NCBI GenBank assembly: GCA_002269645.1
Contig: NIVC01001453.1
Location: forward strand, 47,565-111,564
Length of the DNA: 64,000 nucleotides
Direction of reading: 5' to 3'
Origin: Macrostomum lignano
Taxonomy: Eukaryota
Positions 47,428-60,012 of the stretch are shown here, piece by piece; the stretch's first letter is position 1; each line of letters opens with the position of its first letter. Position numbers and translations under genes: made by a program. The notes beneath the pieces are model-generated. The model had not been told where the DNA came from, made no database searches, and saw only the letters and a program-made list of their open reading frames with translations.

Positions 47428-50400
47428 GTCTGTCTGTCTGTGTGTCTGTCTGTCTGTGTGTCTGTAAGTCTGCCTGTCTGTCTATCCGCAGCCACTTACC
47501 CCCCTTACCTGTTGAGCAAACGCCAGCTCCCAGGCGTACAGTTTAATAACTCGAATACCGGCCAGTATTTCGCTTATCATTTTAATCCTCGTATCCTTGA
47601 GCTCCATCTGTTCCACTTGAAACTGTTTCATATACTTGGCCAGGACGCCGTTAATTGGGATCAGTATAATGAGCACGGCTACGCCAGCAAAGATAGACGG
47701 ACCCAGCTCTTGGTAGAGCAGCACTAAACAGATAACAATCTGCAGCGGGCCTGACCACAATATGTTAATATAGGACATCAGCTCTTGAAATTTGAACGAA
47801 TCAACCGACATTAGATTGACAATAGAACCAGTTGTAGTTGTTTTTCTAGCCTGATTAGACAGTTTCAATGATTTGTTATACACGGCGCACACTAAACTAG
47901 TTCGAATCTGCATGCCCAGCACGAATACGATGTGAAAGTACTGATGCAGGATAGCTGTCTGAACTAGACCAGCTAGGAATATCAGGCCAACATAGAAATA
48001 GCCGCGCCATTCGTACACAGCACCGGATTGCAAATATTTCAGTATGGCCTTCAATATGAGTGTGCCGGAAAAGTTCAACAGGTCGTAGAATAATTTCAAG
48101 GACACGCTTAGCAGAATCGAAGGTGCAAACATTCGGAATAGTACTTTGAGTACGATTGGGTTGAACCGGTCCGCCTGCGGCATAAAAAAAGGGGGGGGGG
48201 TACATGCGTAGTACTTGTTTCTCAATTAGCTCTTCGTGTCTGCCTCCAATCCTCAAGTCTTTGTTCCCGCTCTAATCTACATCTACTCGTATGGTGTACC
48301 TGACTGTCTATTCCTGTTGTACCTGACTGTCTATTCCTGTTGTACCTGACTGTCTATCCCTGTTGTACCTGACTGTCCATCCCTGTTGTACCTGACTGTC
48401 CATCCCTGTTGTACGTGACTGTCTATCCCTGTTGTACCTGACTGTCCATCCCTGTTGTACCTGACTGTCCATCCCTGTTGTACCTGACTGTCTATCCCTG
48501 TTGTACGTGACTGTCTATCCCTGTTGTACCTGACTGTCCATCCCTGTTGTACCTGACTGTCCATCCCTGTTGTACCTGACTGTGCATCCCTGTTGGACAT
48601 GTCTATCCCAATCCCTGTCTATCCCTGTCTGTCTATACATGTTGAATACCAGATGGACCTGTCTATCCCTGTTGGACCTGTCTATCCCTGTTGGACCTGT
48701 CTATCCCTGTTGGACCTGTCTATCTCTGTTGAATACCTGTTAGACCTGTCTATCCCTGTTGGACCTGTCTATCTCTGTTGAATACCTGTTAGACTTGTCT
48801 ATCCCTGTTAGACCTGTCTATCTCTGTTGAATACCTGTTAGACCTGTCTATCCCTGTTGGACCTGTCTATCTCTGTTAAATACCTGTTAGACCTGTCTAT
48901 CCCTGTTGGACCTGTCTATCTCTGTTGAATACCTGTTAGACCTGTCTATCCCTGTTGGACCTGTCTATCTCTGTTGAATACCTGTTAGACCTGCCTATCC
49001 CTGTTGGACCTGACTGTACTGGTATATTCCTGTTCCTGTAGTTTATTGACAGGCACTAACCATAGCGGCCTGCTCCTCCTGAGCCGGGCACAGTTTAGTA
49101 TCGTCCTTCGGCTCGTCATTGCACTGCTCAGCCGCAGGCTCAACCGATTTCATACTAACAGCGCTGCCATCCTCCGAGATCAGCCGATTTCGGAAGCGCA
49201 AACCGCGAATGCGTTGCTGTCGTCGTTGTCCATCTACTAAAACTCCGCTACCGTTAGCTTCGCCGGCAGTTTCAGATCCCAACGCCCGATTGGTGGCACA
49301 GACGTAGGCATTCCAGGCCCGTTTAAATCTGGGAAACAGATTGACGCAATCGTCTCGAGCGTTCAACTGGAATAGTGAAGCGTAGGTCAGCGGCGACCGG
49401 TAGCCGCTAAGGATTAGAGGCGTTATCCACCAGAACGATAGGCGGGATAGATAGTTTGCCGTTTTCTCTGGACAGGCGGCCAAGGCTGCCTGCTCCTGCT
49501 GATGACCAGCAGTTGCTGTCGCAGGTCTCAGACCGGATGCCGATGCAGCCACTAAGCCAGTGGCCGATAGCACTGTGTAGGCTATCAATAGGCCGAACTT
49601 TTGCGGCCACCCGTTGTACAGCTGCGGGATGTTCAATGGTGAGAGAGGGGGTGGGGTGGTAGGTAGATTAATAAAGAATAATAATCTCGATGACAACGGT
49701 TTTTAGCTAGGCCAAAAAGCGCCCCATAGTCGTTGTAGGTAACACAGGTAAAATAGGGAAGAAGTGACTCTAAAACTACGAGATGTCACGGTACACGTCG
49801 CCAAAAAAGTCGCCTAACAGTCACTTTAAAGCGTTTTATTGTCTGCGACTCTTAAAAACGTTTGTCAGCTAGACATTTGCCAGCTGACGTTAGCCAGCTA
49901 GACATCTGCCAGCTGACGTTTGCCAGCTAGACATTTTCCAGCTGACGTTTGCCAGCTAGACATTTGCCAGCTGACGTTTGCCAGCTAGACATTTTCCAGC
50001 TGACGTTTGCCAGCTAGACATTTGCCAGCCGACGTTTGCCAGCTAGACATTTGCCAGCTGACGTTTGCCAGCTAGACATTTTCCAGCTGACGTTTGCCAG
50101 CTAGACATTTGCCAGCCGACGTTTGCCAGCTAGACATTTGCCAGCTGACGTTTGCCAGCTAGACATTTGCCAGCCGACGTTTGTCAGCTAGACATTTGCC
50201 AGCCGACGTTTGTCAGCTAGACATTTGCCAGCTGACGTTTGCCAGCTAGACATTTGTCAGCCGACGTTTGCCAGCTAGACATTTGCCAGCCGACGTTTGT
50301 CAGCTAGACATTTGCCAGCCGACGTTTGCCAGCTAGACATTTGCCAGCTAGACATTTGCCAGCTAGACATTTGCCAGCTAGACATTTGCCAGGCGACGTT

Positions 50401-53400
50401 TGCAAGTAAATTGTTTGCAACGATTTTCTAGCAAGAATAGACAGGATATTTTAGGGGAATTAAAACACAGTTATGATAAATGCAAAAAAATTATTTGGAT
50501 TTGCTGCTCCTCACTCACAGCTTTAGTTCGAGACTCAGATTGCAGAGCCAGACAGAAATGGGTCAGAGCCAGTAGCCAGTATAGAAAAGTAGCGCCCGAG
50601 GTGGCTCGCTGCTTCCTGATCTCCAAGGCGTGAACGCAGCAAACTGAGACCTGCATTGCATGGGAGACGATTTGTGTAGCATTATAAATCCCCTGTATTG
50701 TTTAGTGCTTTAGAAAGGATTTCATTTGTTTAGTGCAGTGAAAGTGTGGGAATGTGGAATGTGGGAAATGTGGAATGTGGGGATTGTGGAGCGCGGGGAA
50801 TGTGGAATGTAGGGAATGTGGAATGTAGAGAATGTGGAATGTAGGGAATTTGGAATGTGGAATGTGGAGAATGTGGAATGTAGGGAATGTGGCATGTGGG
50901 GAATCTAGAGTGTGGGGAATGTGAAGTGTGCGGAATATGGAGTGTAGGAATATGGTGTGTGGGGAACATGGAGTGTGGAGAATATGGAGTGTGGGGAACA
51001 TGGTGCGGGGAATATGGAGTGTGGGGAACATGGTGCGGGGAATATGGAGTGTGGGGAACATGGTGCGGGGAATATGGAGTGTGGGGAACATGGAGTGTGG
51101 AGAATATGGAGTGTGGGGAACATGGTGTGTGGAGAATATGGAGTGTGGGGAACATGGAGTGTGGAGAAACTGGAGTGTGGGGAACATGGAGTGTGGAGAA
51201 TATGGAGTGTCGGGAATGTGGAGTGTGGGGAACATGGTGCGGAGAATATGGAGTGTCGGGAATATGGAGTGTGGGGAACATGGTGCGGAGAATATGGAGT
51301 GTCGAGAATATGGAGTGTGGGGAACATGGTGCGGAGAATATGGAGTGTGGGGAACATGGAGTGTGGGGAACATGGAGTGTGGGGAATATGGAGTGTGGGG
51401 AACATGGTGTGTGGGGAATATGGAGTGTGGGGAACATGGAGTGTGGGGAACATGGAGTGTGGGGAACATGGAGTGTGGGGAATATGGAGTGTGGGGAATA
51501 TGGAGTGTGGGGAACATGGAGTGTGGGGAATATGGAGTGTGGGGAACATGGTGTGTGGGAAATATGGTGTGTCGGAAATATGGAGTGTGGGGAATGTGGA
51601 ATGTAGATAATATGGAGTGTAGGAAATACAGTTTGTGGAGAATGTGATGTGGGAAATGTGGGGTGTGGGATGCGAATTATATTTAAATTTGAATTAGGGC
51701 TAAATGTATGTGCGTGAATCGTCAGCATTATAGCCACAAAATGAAAGTGAGTACAATATCATTGCATCAAGCCTGGATACGTAGTTATCTATCGAAAGCG
51801 TGCAAACTTTAATGTAGCCTTTTCCTGATGCATTTAAGCTACAATAACTTGGCTAAAATACACTTAACAGAAACTGTAGCCGACAGACAGACACAGTGAG
51901 AAAGTCAGTCGCGAACCAAAAAATAATAAAACTAAAATATGTTACCATGGCAATAAACAGAAAGCCAGGGTGCAGGCGCAATTCCAAATCTCGGTTTGTC
52001 AGCATAATCGAGGTGACGAAGTCTAGCAGGGTGACGAGGCTGAATAGAATCGGAATGAGCTGCAAACACGGAGAAGGAATTGGCATTATCGATCTGGGTG
52101 GGGCATCGGTTATTGAGTGCTAGGCAACTGCTTGCATACGCTAAATCATTTGCGCATGGCAACTAAAGTTTATAACGGATCTAATGGTCAGTCAGTCAGT
52201 CTACAAGTAGACTTGTCAATTTGTCAGTCAGCCTACAACTAGACTTGTCAGTTGGTCAGTGAGTCAGTCAGTCTACAACTAGACTTGTCAATTGGTCAGT
52301 GAGTCAGTCAGTCTACAACTAGACTTGTCAGTTGGTCAGTGAGTCAGTCAGTCTACAACTAGACTTGTCAATTGGTCAGTGAGTCAGTCAGTCTACAACT
52401 AGACTTGTCAGTTGGTCAGTCAGTCAGTCAGTCTACAACTAGACTTGTCAGCTGGTCAGCCAGTCAGTCAGCCTACAACTCGACTTTTCAGCTGGTCAGT
52501 CAGTCAGTCAACAACTAGACTTGTCAGCTAGTCAGTCAGTCAGTCAGTCAGCTTACAACTAGAATTGTCAGCTGGTCAGCCAGTCAGTCAGCCCAGTCGT
52601 GGGCTGACAACTAGACTTGTCATATATTTAGCTAATGGACTGTCACAATCCGAAAAGTACACAGCAAAAGTGCACCAATTAGTAGCCACCCACCAGCCTG
52701 GTCAGCATGACCCAGTTGACCTGTTGCACCCTGTCTCGCTGACGCACTTGTGTCTGCATCAGAGTTGAAATGAGAAATGCCAGAGTTGGAATGAACATCA
52801 GCAGACAATAGCCAATTAGACCAAGTGGCATTATAACATAGTAGAAACAGGCAGTAAGGTCTGGTTGCATTGTGTGCCATGTGGTTGCCGCATCCTAGAA
52901 ATTTTTTATTTAAAAAGAAATCAATACATTTAGAGTGTATTAATCATTGATTGCTTATATGATACAGAAAGCAACAATAGACATACCCAGATAGGAGTAG
53001 CACAGAGAGGAAAACTTGAATTCATTATTTATAGCTATTGGTTGTTAGGGTGTTACATCATTAATTAATGTATAAATTTTGATTAGAAATAAATAAAATC
53101 ACTTAGTAGTTCCAAATAAAAAATCACCAAAAATACTATATCTTTCTAAAAGGCCTAATATTGTCTTGACTTGCTGTTCAAAAATTATAAATAGGTATTT
53201 CAAGCAACTATTAATATTGTTAGAAAATATGTTAGGCTAATGATAATGAGAAATATAATTAAACTATTGCTAGCATTCTTTATTTCATTTTATCATTCAA
53301 ACCATGATCATTTATCATATTATTATCATTATATTGGATAAGCTAGAGAAATTGTTGCCATTGGATTTAATCAATATCATTAAAACAATTGTTAGGCCCT

Positions 53401-53793
53401 ATGATTGTAATGCTAGGGCCTATACTGTTACTTATAAGAAATTACAGCAATTAATTAGGGTTTGGAGAAGATCTCAATCTTAATCTTGGTTGTCAAGATC
53501 TAGGCATTTTTTTACTTCATGATCTAGGTTTAAAGATCTTAAAAACGAAGTCAAAATTTGTGATTAAATGACTATTTATGACTATGATATTATGCAGTTA
53601 TCCCTATAGGAAAAAGTTATAAAACTGTAAACAGTGTCCAGTGTACTTTTGAAATTTTTCTAAAGTATAATACACACACAGGCATGCAGCACCTGTGTGC
53701 TGGCTGACCCCTCCTGCTGGCTGCTGCTTTAGCAAATAAATATACATGGAAGAGGCCTAATACCTCTGTGGAAAAGGTCGATATACTTGTCAT
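31736..53793 (-). CDS. ABCC1: ABCC1/MRP1-like long-form ABC transporter (TMD0-L0-TMD1-NBD1-TMD2-NBD2), ~1650 aa, with a 4-variant alternative exon cluster
   Basis: Exons: 53793-53764 (tentative first exon), 52894-52694, 52059-51946, 50650-50519, 49621-49061, 48174-47509, 46634-46336, 43614-43165, 42707-42082, 39602-39246, one of [38395-38079 | 37317-36992 | 36397-36087 | 35247-34910], 33884-33487 and 32549-31736. All GT-AG and in frame. NBD1 has [36 protein letters not shown]2 has [41 protein letters not shown]0 has [13 protein letters not shown] and L0 has [16 protein letters not shown]. The symbol is a family-level call; exact orthology was not tested. Confidence 0.93.
32620..33470. repeat. 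Degenerate minisatellite (GGGGATCTAAAGATGGGGATTATAAGCAT-like)
   Basis: Last ABCC intron. Confidence 0.88.
34130..34680. repeat. 33-bp minisatellite (GGGGAAGTGAGCCAGCGGGGAATTCAGAA(TT/CA)CT)n
   Basis: Intron downstream of alternative exon D; source of the ([11 protein letters not shown])n ORF. Confidence 0.93.
34910..35247 (-). CDS. ABCC alternative exon variant D (most diverged)
   Basis: atccag|CC...CAG|gtggcc, 338 nt, phase 1 to 0, no stops. Encodes [18 protein letters not shown]...[29 protein letters not shown]...LLFVQ. Confidence 0.78.
35310..35728. repeat. 16-bp tandem repeat (ATGCGTACTAAAGTAC)n
   Basis: Intron between alternative exons C and D; near-perfect. Confidence 0.95.
36087..36397 (-). 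CDS. ABCC alternative exon variant C (closest to canonical MRP sequence)
   Basis: acgcag|CG...CAG|gtcttt, 311 nt, phase 1 to 0, no stops. Encodes [14 protein letters not shown]...[30 protein letters not shown]...FHGVQ. Confidence 0.88.
36992..37317 (-). CDS. ABCC alternative exon variant B
   Basis: ttgcag|CC...CAG|gtggct, 326 nt, phase 1 to 0, no stops. Encodes (A)[33 protein letters not shown]...[24 protein letters not shown]...FCLVQ. Confidence 0.8.
37445..37720. repeat. Degenerate copy of the same 16-bp family (ATACGTACTAAAGTAC)n
   Basis: Intron between alternative exons A and B. Confidence 0.85.
38079..38395 (-). CDS. ABCC alternative exon variant A (TM13-CL6-TM14-TM15)
   Basis: gaacag|GC...CAA|gtgagt, 317 nt, phase 1 to 0, no stops. 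Encodes (G)[30 protein letters not shown]...[23 protein letters not shown]...FYYFIQ. Confidence 0.85.
38690..39200. repeat. (CTAT)n microsatellite
   Basis: Direct reading. Confidence 0.97.
39670..42055. repeat. GC-rich ~30-bp minisatellite (GGTGCCACACCCAGTCTCTGG + C-run or TGTTTCTCCCC)
   Basis: Fills the intron between ABCC exons 42082 and 39602; source of the >800-aa spurious ORFs. Confidence 0.95.
43720..46325. repeat. ~23-24-bp minisatellite (CCCCTAACTCAGTCACTATCTCA)n
   Basis: ABCC intron upstream of the NBD1 exon. Confidence 0.95.
46815..47485. repeat. (CTGT)n microsatellite with CTTAGTG interruptions
   Basis: Direct reading. Confidence 0.95.
48295..49010. repeat. Two related minisatellites (CTGACTGTCTATCCCTGTTGTAC)n and (GACCTGTCTATCCCTGTTG..)n
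   Basis: ABCC intron. Confidence 0.9.
49860..50400. repeat. 29-bp minisatellite (GCCAGCTAGACATTTGCCAGCTGACGTTT)n
   Basis: ABCC intron. Confidence 0.92.
50740..51670. repeat. (ATGGAGTGTGGGGAAC/T)n satellite
   Basis: ABCC intron. Confidence 0.92.
52190..52620. repeat. ~40-bp minisatellite (CAGTCAGTCTACAACTAGACTTGTCAGTTGGTCAGTGAGT)n
   Basis: ABCC intron. Confidence 0.88.
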
Positions 53794-54459
53794 TTCATTT
53801 ATAATGCTTAGAGATGTGCCAAGATTTTTATTTCAATTTTCCTAAATTTGAAATTTTTAAGTGAATTACAATTTTGAAAAAAAATGAAAGTCAAAATTTT
53901 GTAAGTGTTTAAAAAGTGGCTAAAAAATTCTGTTATATATACATGCAATTTTTGTATAAGCAATAAATCAAACGTAAAAAAGTGAGTTTCAGTTGTACTA
54001 AACTTTGTTTTTCTGAATTTTGATTGAGGAAAATTTCAATTTTGATTTTGGAAAGTTATTGAATTTTGATTTTGACAGAAAATGCTCCTTTGGAACATTT
54101 CTAATAATGCTAAAGTGCAATAAAATAATTTAACTCTATTCTAAAGTGTGCATATGTGGGTTTTCAACATTTATTTTAATAGGGATAGTTATGGCAATCT
54201 TCAAGTTTGTTTCTTAATATTATTTTTTCTTATTATTATAATAATATTATTATATTATTAAGTGTTTCAATATAGTACCATGGTCCATAGTAGAAATTTT
54301 GAAAATTGTCTATGGCTAGAAAGGATAGGAAATGGTATTAAAAATGCTCTAGCCTCTAGCTCTTCTATCATTGTCTAGTACTCTATCTACTACTATTACT
54401 ATATCTGTCTAGGCCTACTTTTATTGCTCTATTTATTGCTTTATTTACTACGTCACAAA

Positions 54460-54580
54460 AGGATCAGGTAAGTTGCAAAAAGGATTAGGTAAGTTGCAAA
54501 AAGGATCAGGTAAGTTGCAAAAGGATTAGGTAAGTTGCAAAAAGGATTAGGTAAGTTGCAAAAAGATTAGGTAAGTTGCA
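54460..54580. repeat. ~21-bp tandem repeat (AAAGGATTAGGTAAGTTGCAA)n
   Basis: About 6 copies in the AT-rich intergenic region. Confidence 0.85.
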
Positions 54581-57500
54581 AAAGGAGCAAACTAAGTCGC
54601 AAGCAGAGAGAAATAAGTCACAATCAAAAAGAAGTAAGTTGCAATCAGAGAGAAATTAGAGATTCTAGTTCTAGAATTGGTAATATAGAGGCTTTAAATA
54701 TGTTTACTAGATGCAAATTAGGCTTAATCTTTAATCTCAATCAAATCTTAATTAGGCCTAGATATTAAAAGTATAAACCTAGACCTTATAATAGACATCA
54801 ATGTCAAGTTTTAAAAATCTAAAAATGATAATGTTTAGCCTAGACATTATCCCTAAAATTAAAAACCTATAAATATGGCCTCTACGCCTACAATATCAAT
54901 ATAAATGTAAATGGCCTATGAATAGTAGAGGTTGGATAGGATTGATTAATTAAAATCTTCAGGTGGGATTGGGATTAGCCAATTAGGAATAATTTTTTTT
55001 CTTGGGATTGGGATTTGGGAATTGGGATCAGGTCTTTTAGTGTATTGTAGCTTATAGGTCCATATAAAGATGAAAGTTGCAAAATTGCAAAATTGAGCAA
55101 AAAATTTCAAGATCAAAAAGTAAAACACAAAAAAAACAAAACTGATGCAAAGTTTTATAACCAACATAGTAATAATGTAATGACTCTTGAGTACAAGGTA
55201 AAACAAAATATATTCAAGTAATCACTAATTCTATAAATTTTAATCCAAAGACCAATTACCAATTCTTGTGTTTTTAGGGTCTGGATTTTGGTCCCACGGG
55301 AATCCAATTTTCCTTGGGATCCCAAGATTTTGGGATTGGGATTAGGTTAGGATACCATCTGACCTCTGGCTCTACTATACCCATGAGAAATGGCTATAGC
55401 AGAAATCTACTTATTTTATTAGGCCTAATTAATTATTTTTTTACAAATCAAATTAGGACTTAGGTTAGGCCTAAGAAATATTCTAAAAAGTTATGAAGAG
55501 ATCAGCAATAGGCCAATTCAGTATATAGCCCATAGGATAGGTGGGCCTATTACTACTATTCATATAGTCAATGTCATAGAACTTTATCATTACAAGAAAT
55601 GGAACTTTATAGGGAAGATCCTATCAATAATAAAGGTATGAGTCACTAATTATGACCTGTGCTGTCTGTGTGATCTAGGCCTAGGAAATGCTCCATCTAG
55701 GTCTAGGTCTAGACCATCTAGTTAAGCTAGCTGTAAAGAAGAAAGTTGCTAAACCATAGTAAAAATGTATTATATAGGCCCAACGCCACTGAGACAATTA
55801 AGATTACATAATACTTTTATACCAGTCATATTAGTAATTAGTTGACTTCATCGTAGGACGTTCATGCGCGCGCTCCCTAGCCATCAAACATTTTCAAAAC
55901 CAAAGAAAGTGCTTGCTATGTCGTTGTTCACGAGCTGCAGCGATTATGCAAATAAATAAATATGGGTAAACAAATATCAAACAACGAAGTATGTGTAAAT
56001 AACCTTGTCCTTATTTTTTATTGCTAAATTCATAACTATTGAAAACATTGATTAGACATTGATTTAAATAAAATTACTTTATACTTATACTAAGAGGTAT
56101 AATAGGGATCAGTTCGACAGCACTTAGATCACCACACTCGTGGTTTGTACTTCATGTATCTTTTTTGATGGCAGGCTTACCGTACACAGAACGTTTTACA
56201 TTATCTTTCATGTATCTGTACTAAGTAGGGTTGAATGTGGTTTTCAACAGAAAAGATAATGGCGCATTAAAGGCAGCAGTGTCGCAAAACTGAAATAATC
56301 GCTTCATACGACGACGAGCGCATTTTTGTATTTTTCATAATTGTACTCCATGTACATGTACATGTTAACTACACAGAAGGGTTTTGCTTTAGTAATATTT
56401 ATTTGTAAGACGATGCATGTTTATCGAATATAAACATTCAGAAATGGCATCGGCTCTTAAGTTCACCCTTAAAAACCATATCATTCTCGAGTTCAAAGTC
56501 CTTCGACTTCAGTAGTCCCTGTACTTAAACGCACACGTAAGGTGGGTGAGGAAAATACAATTAAGATTTACGAGTGACATTCAATTAGGGGCCAGGTTTA
56601 AGGTAAATGTAGCGAAATTCAGCTTCGTGACTAATTAGTCAGGAAAGATAAGAAGTCTAAAAAATAAATATGTTTTACATGTAACTTTAAAAACATTTGC
56701 GGTGCAGGTAGACTTTACAAGGTCAATGCAGTTAAGTCTGCAATAGTTCTATCAAAATTTAGAATTTACACGAAAGCTTTTTGACAGTGGAGATAAAATG
56801 TAAAATGCAATTCCATGTATGCACAGAGAATGCATGCACACTGCCTAAACGAGCCGTAGACGTTTGTCCGATATGCACGTACAATTAGTAAAATAATCCT
56901 GTAGGATAGACGTACACACGACATGTAGAATTTGGTCTTCCGTATTATTTACCGATCGATGGGTATATCTAAAAGGTCCACTAAAAGTGGCATAATTGAA
57001 ATACTTTAATTTTTAACAATTTTAAGGCGTAAATTGTTCGTACATGTTTAAGCGCTACAATAGCTACTCGTAATTAAGAGATGGAAAGCATCATTATTCA
57101 AATGAGTAAAATATTTGTTTGAAGGCTAATCCAATGCCTATAATTCCTGGTCTATTGGCATCGAAAACGGTCCCTACTGGCCTTCCTGTAGGATTTATTC
57201 ATACATTCAGAATCACCCCCACAAAATTTAGGTAAAAATCAAAGACATCAAAACCTCTATATTTACTAACGAATGATGCAATCAAACAGATGTACTTGAA
57301 GCGCAAATTTTTAAATTATATATTAACTGCTGAGTTATAAACAAAAATTCGAGATTAATACGAGAGATTATTTATACTTGTAAGAGTTAGGAAAGAAAGT
57401 GCAAAACAAAAATGCTTCTATTACGTCATAAACAGATACCTAACACAGGTAAGCGAAACGGAGACATGAGATTAACAAAATATTAACGAATTTGTGTACT

Positions 57501-59224
57501 GACGAAAGTTTTGGAGAAGTGTTGTCAATCTACTTTGCAACTGGTTTAATTATACCTGCTTGTTTGGCGATAAAAAATAGTAAATAATATAAAATGAGGA
57601 GTATAAAAACGTATTTTACATAACCCAGCTGAGCAATAGACACTCTGAAAGCCAAGTGGTAATAAAGAGCAATTGCCATCATTATCAGCTTGGTTTTTAG
57701 AAAGAATCTGGATCGCTTTGCAAGCATATGCATAGATATATACAGCCTTGACAACCACCAAGTATCATTCATTTCTGCTAATCAGTAATTTCACAAATAA
57801 TTCAAAGCGTGTGTGTATGAAGAACGATTTCGAATGCAAAAAACACGAAATAAAATTATGATCGAGTTAGGCCAAAGCAAAAACAGCTAGGGGAAGGAAA
57901 AGGTTAAAAAGAATTGATTTTGTTTAAGGAAAACACAAACACGTAAATAGCATCAAAAAAAGTTTTTTATAACCTACAGTATGAAAAATTGATAAATATT
58001 GTTTCTCAGCTGTTGCTAAAACTAAATAGAATTGGAATACTAATTTGTAAATAAGTATTTTTTTAGATTTAGAACTTTCTCAAAATCATTTGAGACCCCT
58101 GTTTTAGAAAAATTCTAATGCTTAAATGAGTAGGAAATTACCAAGTAGGTTAGGAAACTACATTTTCTTGGAAAACTTTAAATTTTTTTACCGAAAGACA
58201 TTACGGAAATAATGGGCTTTTATTTTTTCAGCACATTAATTGTCATTTATTTTGAGAGAAGTGAGACCCAGTGTTCATCTTTGGAGATGTCTTGTTTTTC
58301 TCATAGCGCTATGGATATTCATAAAGCTTTTCGTTTAGAAAATAAGGATTCAATGCTAATTTTAATTGAAGTCATTGGGATTTACTTGATAATTGATAAT
58401 TAATAATTTCTAATATTTCATCAAAAAATCATTAATCAAAAACATTGATTGTTCAGTAAGTCAAAATTTTTAGGCGTGAAAGCTGTCGAAACAATCGCTT
58501 GAGTGAGTAGCACACAGCCATAAATCATATTTACGGTCAAGCTAGTAGGATTCAAAAATTGAAAAAAAATGATGGAAAAACCAGATTGTTAATGCTAAAA
58601 TTATAATTGACATCCGAGAGTAGCAAATTAATACAAAGCTGAGTTCATGTAAAATAAAAAAACACTTATTACAAAGAAATGTAAGGACAATAAAATGTGT
58701 CACTCAATCGGTAAATACACTAATAATTAGGAAACCGACATTTTACGAATTATATTGCACGCAAACAAATAAACTTTTGTGTCTAAAAAGATCAAGAAAT
58801 TTTGTTGTTTTTGTCAATATTGTTAGAACGAATTCTTGTCCATCTTGCTACTTATCAGTTATTAGTAGTAACAACAAAATTTGTCTTGATAGTAACAAAA
58901 ACTATATAAAATGATAGAGTATGTATTCAGCAAATACTCGGTGGCAACTTTTGGTGCACTGATTACTGGAGTACTGAGCAACTTTTTCGCTTGCTTTACC
59001 AAATATTTAGCTTTGGTCAGAAATGTAGGAGTACACAATATGTTTTTCATTTATTTACCCTCGTACTTAAAACTATGGACACATACCGACCGAAAAAATA
59101 AAGTTCAAAATTCACTACTTGCTGAATTTCCTGAATTATTTATGTATTTTCACATATTTTTGTGACTTTCTGTCTCTGTCTGACTGAATTTCTGACTGTC
59201 TGTCTGGATGTCTCCATCTTTTCG

Positions 59225-59301
59225 AGTCTGCCTGTCTGTCTGTCTATCCACCTGTCTAACTGTTTGTTTGTTTGTTTGTTTGTCTGTCTGTCTGTCTGTC
59301 C

Positions 59302-59343
<42 letters not shown>

Positions 59344-59374
59344 AAGTCTGTCTGTCTGTTTGTCTGTCTATCTA

Positions 59375-59407
<33 letters not shown>

Positions 59408-59453
59408 GTGTGTCTGTCTTAGTGTCTGTCTGTCTGTGTGTCTGTCTGTCTGA

Positions 59454-59532
<79 letters not shown>

Positions 59533-59561
59533 ATCTGTCTGTCTGTCTGTCTGTCTGTGTG

Positions 59562-59616
<55 letters not shown>

Positions 59617-59662
59617 GTGTGTCTGTCTTAGTGTCTGTCTGTCTGTGTGTCTGTCTGTCTGA

Positions 59663-59749
<87 letters not shown>

Positions 59750-59778
59750 ATCTGTCTGTCTGTCTGTCTGTCTGTGTG

Positions 59779-59833
<55 letters not shown>

Positions 59834-59835
59834 GT
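59225..59835. repeat. (CTGT)n microsatellite with CTTAGTG interruptions
   Basis: Downstream of the MCT stop codon; has an internal ~210-bp duplication. Confidence 0.95.
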
Positions 59836-60012
59836 TTCCTTGGCTGTCTAAGCTCCTACAAAAGAAAACACCAAGTTGTATTCTTTTACGAGCAGAACAC
59901 AAAGCATCGCAAGTTTGCTTAAAGAATTTATTTAAAAAAGGCAACAAAGTTCTGCAGACAAAATCCTATTGAACACTCTTCAGCTAAGCGATCGGGCACA
60001 AGCAAAACAATT

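Noticed and set aside
51853-51945. Extending the ABCC TMD0 exon to about 51895 as the ORF track suggests
   Set aside because: The donor ATG|gtaaca at 51945 gives a gap-free match to MRP1 ([21 protein letters not shown]). The extension is AT-rich and intron-like.
53000-59200. Short ORFs in the AT-rich intergenic region
   Set aside because: They show no recognisable domains or coding-like composition, and I saw no RNA gene or transposase signature.
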